A stretch of DNA of 61,530 bases, counting the filler, from Nemertoderma westbladi (taxonomy: Eukaryota; Animalia; Xenacoelomorpha), in NCBI GenBank assembly GCA_032718475.1. It is 3 parts of 3 records of this genome, joined end to end, with 100 filler letters (N's around TTAATTAATTAA, not from the genome) between each part and the next. Parts side by side here need not be neighbours in the genome. Positions count along the whole stretch, not along the records: positions 42,877 to 61,530 come from JAUCBJ010003783.1; 2 more parts are not named here. The stretch is one strand, 5' to 3'. A model generated the notes under the pieces. The model was not told where the DNA came from, did no database searches, and was given only the letters and a program-made list of their open reading frames with translations. Position 1 is the stretch's first letter. Each line of letters starts with the position of its first letter. Of this stretch, positions 51,956-61,530 are shown in pieces. A program made the translations under genes and the position numbers.

Positions 51956-52167
51956 ATTAGCCCCGGGCGCCGCCCCCGATATACCTTAATCCGGCCCTAC
52001 CTACAGTCCTACGAATTATCCAAAAAACACAATTAGGCCTATTACCTAATACAGTATTACGGTAGGCTAGGGCACCATACCAACTGACCAAAAAAAATAC
52101 AAAAAATACACAAAAAAGGCAAAGAAACACAAAAAAACACAATACCGGTATTACTACCAACAACCAA

Positions 52168-53069
52168 CTACTACTAGGATCGGCATGCTGCATTGCAGCT
52201 GCATTTTTAAGAATGCTGTGCCGGCTTGTCAACAAAATTGCACCGCCACAACTCCCTATCACCCATGGCATTTGCTAGATCATCTGCATCTTTAAGGCCA
52301 TCTTTTAAGTCATGGGCTGTCCACCATGCTTATTCACTCCATGAGGCTGCCAAAGTACAAGATTATGCACTGGCTGGTCCTCACGGGGAAAGCAATGTCC
52401 TGCAAAGCGGAGGCGATTTTGATCTAGTGTCAAGCTTGGGGGAACCAATGAGACACCTCCAATGTTATATAGTGTCTGGTTGGAGATGTGTGCATTGTAC
52501 TTGACACAATGAACCCGGCGTAGCATTCTTGTGAATGTGCCATCCAGAGATTTGGTGTCCTCAGCAGTTAGAGCCCAGCATGGACTCCCGTAGAGGAGTG
52601 CTGGAACTACTGCTGCTCTAAATAATCGGACCTTAAGTTTCTGATTAATTCTCGGTGACTTCCAAATCCTGGAAAGCCTATTCAAGGCTGCCCATGCCTT
52701 TCCCTTGCGTATTCGAAGGTCCTCACCTGACTTCCGGATCCATGATCCCAGGTAACAGAAGTCGTCCACATGCTCAAGCATACCATCCTTTGAGCTTATG
52801 CTCATCCGATCAGAGACTTTCTGAGGACTTTCAAAGTTAACTGTCAGAATTTTGGTCTTTCTGGAGTTAATAAAAAGACCAACACTAGAAGCAGCATGTT
52901 CTAATTGGCTGAGGAGCCGTTGGGCTCCCTCTAGTGATTCTGAGAGTACTCCTAAGTCATCAGCAAAGTCTAGATCAGTTAGGTACTTGGCAGGATTTCC
53001 TCGACTTCTGGAGCCAGTAGGTGGAGTTATCATCACCCCATCATCATTGTGACGATCTAAGGATTTCCT
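52168..53069 (-). mobile_element. 5'-truncated RTE LINE (same subfamily as 37677-38004)
   Basis: LTDLDFADDL, DFCYLGSW, LLYGSPCW, an identical 3' UTR and a (TAG)3 tail. Confidence 0.92.
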
Positions 53070-53810
53070 ACATGGTATACAGTTCCTAAGAACTTGGTTT
53101 AGAGCTCTACGGGGTTTGTGGAAATGATAGCGAGTTCGAATTTCGCTAAGAACTCGTTCTCTACCAGCATGGTAAAGCTTACTGTGAACATCTACAATCA
53201 TCTTGATTTGTATTTCAAGATTTCTAATTAGTATGGGAAACTTAGTGTCAAAGGACAATGGCGCATTGGTTAATCTCCCTCCGACACGTATTAACCCATC
53301 TATCATTGTGCTAGAAAAAGAATCCCTTAAGCGCATCTGTGGATTTCTCAACAGCAGGAAATACTTTTCGGAATTCTCATAACATTGCAGGAGTCTCAGT
53401 ATTTGCTTATTGGTATCGTCATGTTCTTGGTAGTTAATTTTATCAGTTAGAAACTTATTAGGTAGCCGATAAGTGGGAAGGTCTTTGGTAGCATGGACCC
53501 TTTCAGCTACTTCTGAATTGGCATCATTAGCGATCTTCGTCCTGGAATAGTGATGATGGAAACATCGCTTTAAATACACAATGGCTTTGCAAAGCCGATT
53601 CCATGAGCTGTAATGAGCCATCACTCTCTGGATGAGAGGAGAGAGTCCCTTTGAGACATCTGGTGTTCCAGATTTCCAATCTCTTTCCCCTATTTCAACA
53701 ACGGATTTATTGGGGAGTTGAGTAATGTCTATGGATTTTGGATGATTAGAATCCACAGTGGCGTCACCGGCGGTATATAGCACAGACAGATCTATCGCTG
53801 GCTTAAACAG
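53061..53810 (-). mobile_element. BEL/Pao pol fragment (connector plus integrase HHCC region)
   Basis: Diverged homologue of 27155-27650, continuing into DGLIRVGGRL...H....HAG...CIPC. Confidence 0.9.
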
Positions 53811-54395
53811 TGGAAAACGGGGAAAGTGGCTTTTTACCAATTATAGTTGGCTAGGTGACATTAGCAACATAATGTCACCTAACAACCAATGAAGGCAATA
53901 TACATTGCCAGCCACAAAGAGAGATGAGAGGCTACAGACCATCTCAGGGGGACGACGAAAGCTAAAACGTCGGAACAGGGAATGCCAAGGGAAGGAAGGA
54001 TAGGTTAGCCAATGATGGGGCAGAATGCCATTGATTGGGATGCATCCATTGGCTAGGCCACGTAGCAAGTACAGTATCAATATTCCATATGTGTTAGTAA
54101 TATAACCGTTGCATTTATTACCTGTTGTTCAGTTGGTTTGTGTAGAGCTGTGGAAGCAAGACGGTTTAAACCGTCGTCGTTAGTAACCGTGCTATTATTG
54201 TATTCTGACTGTGCTATTATTGTATTCTGACATTACGAACAACTGCCACTAAAACTCAGTTATTCTATCGGCCTCCGGCCTTTAAGACTCAGATACCACA
54301 AGCCTTTCAACATCCAACGGACGCGGCGACGTGTACTACCGAAACGCAAAACACACCGGTCGGGATTCCCTCGCCAACTCGGGGTTCCCGTCACA
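53808..54395 (+). repeat. 5'-clipped LTR of a second family, related to the 4931/49273 family
   Basis: Shares GAAAAYGGG..AGTGG..TTTTACCAAT..AGTTGG, TTAGCCAAT and the terminal CCGGTCGGGAT...TCCCGTCACA. Confidence 0.65.
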
Positions 54396-54709
54396 AGCAG
54401 TGCCTCTGGAGGTAGAAATAAGAACGAGAACACGGCGGATGCATTTAACAGGAATAATCTGCGCAAATGACATCATATTTCTTCCAAAAATAAAACTGTA
54501 TCATGTTCTATTGACTTTAGTTTATTATTTCGGTTAGAATGACATGCTACTGAAACATGATCCTTTACATTAACTGATAATTTAGCATTGAGACAGGATG
54601 TTAATTCTCTGAGATGGGATTTGCGTCTAATGAATATACAGATATTCTTTAGAACCACCAACCCTGGCTTTCATCCTTCAGTGGTCGATAAATGGGAACC
54701 AAAGCAACG

Positions 54710-55840
54710 TGGGAAACTGAGTGGAATGGTTTACTGTGGAAGATCACCCCCATGGTGGTGAACAGGCCCTTTAGGAATCAGAGTGGAAGGGTTTATTGTG
54801 GAAGATCATCCATGGTGGTGAACAGGCATTTCTTTAGGAAACAGAATGGAAGGGTTTACTATGGAAGATCACCCATGGTGGTGAACAAGCATTCCTTTAG
54901 GAAACAGAGTGGAAGGTTTACTATGGAAGATCACCCCCATGGTGGTGAACAGGCATTCCTTTAGGAAACAGAGTGGACGGGTTTACTATAGAAGATCACC
55001 CCCATGGTGGTGAACAGGCATTCCTTTAGGAATCAGAATGGAAGGGTTTATTGTGGAAGGTCACCCATGGTGGTGAACAGGCATTCCTTTAGGAAACAGA
55101 GTGGACGGGTTTACTATAGAAGATCACCCATGGTGGTAAACAGGCATTCCTTTAGGAAACAGTGTGGAAGGGTTTACTGTGGAAGATCACCCCCATGGTG
55201 GTGAACAGGCATTCCTTTAGGAATCAGAGTGGAAGGGTTTACTGTGGTAGATCACCCATCGTGGTGAACAGGCATTCCTTTAGGAAACAGTGTGGAAGGG
55301 TTTACTGTGGAAGATCACCCCCATGGTGGTGAACAGGCATTCCTTTAGGAATCAGAGTGGAAGGGTTTACTGTGGTAGATCACCCATCGTGGTGAACAGG
55401 CATTCCTTTAGGAATCAGAGTGGAAGGGTTTACTGTGGTAGATTACCCATGGTGGTGAACAGGCATTTATTTAGGAAACAGAGTGGAAGGGTTTACTATG
55501 GAAGATCACCCATGGTGGTGCACAGGCAATCCTTTAGGAAACAGAGTGGAAGGGTTTACTATGGAAGATCACCCCCATGGTGGTGAACAGGCATTCCTTT
55601 AGGAAACAGTGTGGAAGGGTTTACTGTGGAAGATCACCCCCATGGTGGTGAACAGGCATTCCTTTAGGAATCAGAGTGGAAGGGTTTACTGTGGTAGATC
55701 ACCCATGATGGTGAACAGGCATTTATTTAGGAAACAGAGTGGAAGGGTTTACTATGGAAGATCACCCATGGTGGTGCACAGGCATTCCTTTAGGAAACAG
55801 AGTGGAAGGGTTTACCTTTGAAGATGAACAGGCATTCCTT
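54710..55840. repeat. 63/65-bp minisatellite, ~18 units
   Basis: Unit GAGTGGAAGGGTTTACTGTGGAAGATCACCC(CC)ATGGTGGTGAACAGGCATTCCTTTAGGAAACA. Confidence 0.95.
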
Positions 55841-56269
55841 GGCTTAATGAGCCTAAAAGAATCTCCCATTCAATATACAGATTATGTTTTTAATTATCAT
55901 TATTAGTAAAGTTGTTCGTTAGAACATGATTTTTATGATATTGTGTTTGAATATGGCATGGGCATGGGAACATCGGATGTAGGTCTACAGGTAATTCACT
56001 CCATAACATGGGCCCCGAAAGAATCGTAACTTGTTCCACAGACCGCCGTGGTTGCTCTTGTCTACTTTCTTCAAAGTTGGTTGAGATCAGCTATGGGAAG
56101 TAGGCCTATGACGGCGACAGTACTCGCTGGTGTGAACCAAATATTATACATTCTGTCTTGACAAATTTTATGGTAAGTTTAATTTACACACTTCACAACA
56201 ACACTCATTCCATTGCCCAAGTAACTACAGTAGGCCTACTCATATATACAGTATATCCTTGAAATTATC

Positions 56270-56680
56270 ACCTGATTTCATTACCAATGTCATCAGCAAA
56301 TTTAGGAGGCTGTGTAGGGGCCTATCGTCCTCTATTTACTTGGTCGAAGTAATTGGAGCCAACACCAAAACCTAGAACACAAAAGATGGTTCCTTGAGGA
56401 ATTCCATTATTCACCTCCAATGTAGATGAATGATTCATTTCATTCCGACAAACTACTTCCGCCCATTAAGGGGAGATGGTTCCCCAGGTATCTCCCTTTA
56501 AGGAAACGGTCCATCCAATCCGGTCCAACCAATCCTGTGTAGACTTTGAAGCTCCGATTGAATTCGTCAATAAAAATCGATGGTTCAAATGCATTTCTGT
56601 AATCAATGACGACCATCATCAGTTAACATTACTACAGCGCAGAATCCATTGGAATACAGTACAGTACAGCAGCTGATCGA
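56270..56680 (-). mobile_element. Highly degenerate CR1-like RT fragment
   Basis: NGIPQGTI (~56390-56410) and KFADDI (~56286-56303) are readable on the minus strand. Confidence 0.6.
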
Positions 56681-58978
56681 ACTCCAGATTGATTCCTGTT
56701 TATGAGGTTTTTATGTGTCAGTCATGTCATAGTTTGGTTATAAATTCCCCTCCTTGATAATTTTTGATAGGGTTTGAAGTAGAGAAATGGGTGTGTACTG
56801 TAGTTCTACCAATCTGTTAAACTAGAACACCTTTATTATAGACATTTGGCTAACTAACCAATGCTATTTTGTATATGTCTGGGAATGTAGGCCTACATTA
56901 GTATAGCGTACTGTAGCTGTTAATATTGCATACGTTAATATATGTTAATATTGTATACTGCATATTATTTTATGAAAGTCTCTAGATTTTAGATACAGGG
57001 GGCTTAAGATTCAACTTTTACTTTTGCGCTCCTTACAGATATAGGGTAATGAAAACGATACTTTAGATTCCGAGGGACTTATTTACATCCTACACGGCCG
57101 TGTCCCCTGTCTCGTGGGATCTAAAATCCCCTGGACTTGGATCTAGAGTTTCGTTTTTTTTAATGGTATATGGTATTGGTATTGATTTAATTGTACTCAA
57201 CGTATAACATTAAAATTAACAATAAAATAAAACAAACATACTGTACATGACATTAGATATAGTATTGAATAATGATTTACAATATTTATTTGGCGAGCTA
57301 TAAAAATTGTTTTATTACTAAAGTTAATATTAAGATACATTGCGCGCCGAGGATAGCCCCTTTATGCGAACCTTGTTTCCGAGAGGGTCCCGTTGTTTGT
57401 TCCAGTGATAAAAGTAGGCCTACAATATATACACAATATGGGATTACGTTTACATAGAGTATTTTTGTAATGTATTTGCATTTCTTGTATAAACTACGGT
57501 AATAAAAATTTGGTTCTGTGGTAAAATTATTTAAAATCAGTTGCAATTTATTCTTTAAATATTTGTAGGTAAGGCTCGACATCCGATCAAAAAAATATAT
57601 TAATATTATTAATATATTAATATTATTAATAATATATTAATATTAATAAATATTAACATTTACAATTCTTGGATAAAAGAATAAAGATAAATAACAATTT
57701 GATAATTTCGTTCGAAGATATAATAAAACTTTACTAAGTTCAAAAAAATAAAAGTAAAAGCTAAAAACATATCAATCAAAAAGAATTAGCGTATGAATAT
57801 TGTGTATAATGTCTGAATATTATGTATACATTTTAACATAAAATAATGAGGTGGGATGGAGGGATTTAAAATCTCAACCTTTACGAATTACAGGTTAGCG
57901 GACTAGCTGTGGCAGTATCCAACCAACATATAAAGGCTTGATCTAACAATTGAATGGTGCATTGTCCGATTGTTCAATGGGCACTTTCCACGTTTCTTTT
58001 TTATGATCTTCAGAACTTACTTAACAACTTGATTTCAGCTGTTCAGTGTGTAGGAGTAGGCCTACGAGTACAGTGACAGTTACAGTATCTGAGTACAGGA
58101 GTACTGGAGTATGCACGGTACCGGACCGGTACATACAACCAGACAATCAGACAGTTGACTGTACATGGTACAGCTGTACAGCAACAGCACACTAAACAGT
58201 GTGTTTAGTGGGCATACTGGGCACAAACACACCAGTCAGTACCTGGTACCGTACCGGTACCCCTGTACCAGTGTACCCGGTGCCGGTAGTGCCTAGATGC
58301 ATAGTGCCCGAGTGCGCCGATAGTATCATTACAGCATTACACATTACATTAGAACCGTCTTGAATTTAAATTCTCGTACAATAACTGAATAAATACGGTA
58401 CCGGCTGACCGGTAGGCCTACCGGTAGGATGCTCGTATGAAATACCGATCATGCCGGTAGTCTGGTAGTTAGGCCTATTGTAAATCATAGACAAATAGAC
58501 GGGGACCGGTATGACTAATTTGTAATTTAATTTGCAATACAGGTACGGTAGCCTACTGTACTATTAGGCCCAATAGCAGAATAGTACTGTAGTACAGCTG
58601 TACAGTGTACTGGTGTACAATAGTAAGAATAATAACGGAACTGCAACTGCCTGACTGCCAGACTGCATTATTCCGATAGGCGGATAGGATAGGCCTATCA
58701 ATGCCTATGTCGGTATGTCCTGACTCCTGAATCCTGATGCAGTGATGTCATTTTCACCCATCAGCCCATAACACCAATCCAGCCAATCTGCCAATATGCA
58801 ATAGAATAGGCCTACTGCTGTACTGGTCTGGCTACTGCAATAGGCCTAGTAAATTATAAATATACCGGTCTCATTTCTCTAGGCCTATGGGCTGATGGGT
58901 GTAACAGTGACAGTGTAACTGTGTCTGCGACTGTCCTACTCCATACGGTACTCACTCCTGTACTCCTACCCTACTGAC

Positions 58979-59902
58979 CCAGGTTGGAATTTATGTAGAG
59001 TTTGCTCAACATGTGTGGCGCGGATTAAGGATCCTGGCGCGTAGTGACAGGGGCGTGTGGCGCGGATTAAGGATCCTGGCGCGTAGTGACAGGGGCGTGT
59101 GGCGCGCATTGAGGATCCTGGCGGTCCTGGCGCGAATATGGATGTAGGGTTAGGTTGGGACAGTAGGAGGTAGCGTAGCAGTGCACTAGCAACACATCCC
59201 ACTCTACAGCTCTATTTGAAATTATTCCATAGGTTTAAAAAGATTGAAAAATGTCCGCTCGCTTCGCTCGCGTTTATACTGTAAATCTACTCTTTAGTAC
59301 TGTCTGGCTGTGGACAAATGGAAACGGACAGATTGAGCATGACCATTAAAAACATGACTTATTGTTTCAAAAGTTTTTCTAATTGTCAGATTCTTCAAAC
59401 CAATAAAACCATGAAAGCCTGCATGATTCAGCAGAATTTCCGTGCTCGCTACGCTCGCAATTTACCGGTAATGACATCTGCATTTCTGCATTTGAAAACA
59501 GTCGGTTTGCCTACTTTAAATGCTGAAATTGTTAAAATTTTCGTGCTCGCTACGCTCGCATCTTGATCACATCTGCATTTAAAAACAGTCAGTTGACGTT
59601 GACCTACTACTACTACTACTACAACTACAGCACTATCTGACTATTACTGTCAGACAGTCAGACTGTATTTATGTTAACATAATTGGAAAATTTCCTTGCT
59701 CGCTACGCTCGCATTTTAATGTTAACATACTGTAGGGCTACGAATTCAGGAATTATAAACTGATAAATTATTACAATTAAGCAATTACTGCAAAATTTCA
59801 TAGTCAATTGTTGGCTTGGCGCGCATTAGATTATCATGGCTGGCGCGATTTTCGTTTAACCAGAACGCGTGTGGCGCGCTTTTTGTCAGTATTCCATATA
59901 GG
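58979..59902 (-). mobile_element. Non-autonomous DNA element with 8-bp TSD
   Basis: Ends CCAGGTTGGAAT...ATTCCATATAGG. TSD CTACTGAC at 58971-58978 and 59903-59910. Confidence 0.88.
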
Positions 59903-60504
59903 CTACTGACTGACTGACCCTACCTAAATTAGTAGCTAGACTGCCTGACTGCTGCTACCGGTAGTGTGTATAACAGTATAATTATGAATTAATCATTGCT
60001 GCATTGTGGCCGTAATGGATCATTTCATGGTTAATGTACACTACCCTTCTGCCCTTTCATCAATTCATTATAGCGGCTCTAGCGAGTGGTTAAAGGCGGC
60101 TAAATACGGTAGGGTTGAGAACAGTGGCGTCAGTGGCAGATATGATGGTATTGGCAGATCTGCAGATGTGAGGACTGGAGGAGGTAAATTGCGGACATAC
60201 AAGGACGATGTACGGTACCGTACCCGTAGTATTTCCAGGTCTATCTTTTACCTGACTGCCTGAGCCGCTAACCCGCTAGCTGAATCTTGAATGGTTAGAC
60301 AGTTAGAGCGTCAGACTTCCAATCTGGAGGTGGAGATCACCAGATCACCAGTTATAATAATATGACACCACTTATTCACCCATACTGCCATAACACCAAT
60401 AATAAATGGCATTTTTAACTCACTGTTCAGTTGTTCCCAGATGCCAGACAGCAGCCCGTGCTATCACCTTATCCGACGAACTTTCACCTACTTGGAAGTT
60501 GGAA

Positions 60505-61050
60505 CTTTCCATGTTCGCCGTATATAAGTTATAGGCCTAAGTCGCTTGTCCGCCCTCTCTTGGAGTATGGTATCTGTGGTTTGGACTCCATTTTTTCAAC
60601 TCGACATTGATATTCTCGAGCAAGTCCAGCACAGAGCTACTAGACTCATCCCATCCCTACGGCCTACGGGATCTACCCTATGTGGACCGGCTGAAGTCGC
60701 TTAAGCTTCCCAGACTAATATATCGTAGAATTCGCGCAGACTTGATATCTACATACAAATTTGTTCATGGAATCGAAATCGACAATATAGATCGCTGTAA
60801 CTTCTTTCAGTTTAGGAGAGAACTTCATAACTATGGAACACGTGGCTTATCGCTCACTCTGTATAAACGATCCGGGTGTAGATCACTACGCAAGTGGCTG
60901 AGTGGTAACCCTTGTCTGAATATGTTTAAAACAAGACTTGGCAGTGAATTTGCCACAAAATTGAATATTTTCAGTGAGACGAGACAGGTAGCCATTGCAA
61001 ACCACGCTACTTATATTAATTTAACTTCGGTATAACTATCTATGCATTGC
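60505..61050 (+). mobile_element. CR1 LINE 3' fragment
   Basis: SLVRPLLEYG...IDILEQVQHRATRLIP...YVDRLKSLKLPRLIYRRIRADLISTYKFVHG. Confidence 0.85.
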
Positions 61051-61530
61051 TCAGTTGCTATGGTTTATTTCATATATTTTATTTTGTACCTACTGTGACT
61101 ATTGTTTGTGACGTGTACAAATTTTTAATTTTTTCTTTTAAGATCAGTTTTAGTTATATTTTTGCCCTAATTGTGTGTTTTAAATTTAAGTTATCCCCAA
61201 GTATACAATACGGAATACCAAACTAATTATCGTCGCATTCAAGTATTATACTTTCTATTGACTATTTTTAAATACCGTACCTGTCCTGTAGAAATATGTG
61301 TTTCATCTATTTTTAGCGTGTACTATACAATCTTAATTGATTTTCTAATTTACTTTTAAAATGTGTTTTATTTGCCATTGTACAGACAAACCTATATAAT
61401 GTACAGTAGTCCTGTTTCCTGTATAATGTAATAGATGTACAGTAGGCCTAATATATGTGCAGTTGCCATGGGCATATATAATTTATATATATACTTTCTA
61501 TACGCTGGCTAGCATACTTTGCCAGATGTG

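Noticed and set aside
53061-53810. Idea that this Pao fragment is the missing continuation of the element cut at 27154
   Set aside because: The overlapping parts differ at many nucleotides and residues, so it is a separate, diverged copy.
57595-57660. Pure AT quasi-palindrome
   Set aside because: Low-complexity slippage product with no supporting context.
60285-60345. tRNA-like segment (TTAGAGCGTCAGACTTCCAATCTGGAGGT)
   Set aside because: Only D- and anticodon-arm-like pieces are present, with no T arm or acceptor stem. At most it is a decayed SINE or pseudogene.

Overview
This is repeat-rich animal (metazoan) nuclear DNA, not prokaryotic. It is three contigs joined by two artificial 100-bp N-linkers (27055-27154, 42777-42876), so adjacency across those points is unproven. 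The ORF track misses the main host gene: five minus-strand GT-AG exons (24236 to <1) of an MTUS1/MTUS2-family coiled-coil protein. A 16.6-kb intron of that gene holds two minisatellites and a nested transposon stack. A pol-less LTR element (TSD GTGGT) sits in a 25-bp satellite, and its 3' LTR was hit by a Helitron-like block carrying a near-complete RTE LINE and by a second LINE. The rest of the window contains BEL/Pao remnants, more RTE and CR1/L2-type LINE fragments, a pogo-like element, several MITEs, a solo LTR, four more minisatellites and an intronless multi-pass membrane ORF broken by a 13-bp duplication. There are no CRISPR arrays or rRNA, and no intact tRNA was seen. The best leads are: covarying hairpins shared by two diverged LTR families; the pol-less LTR element with a duplicated triple-CCHC ORF; an 8-bp-TSD element family with almost no TIRs; an in-frame Pao-integrase/RTE-RT chimera; clustered CTCF-like motifs; and the orphan membrane gene. 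All calls come from reading the sequence by eye, with no database searches.
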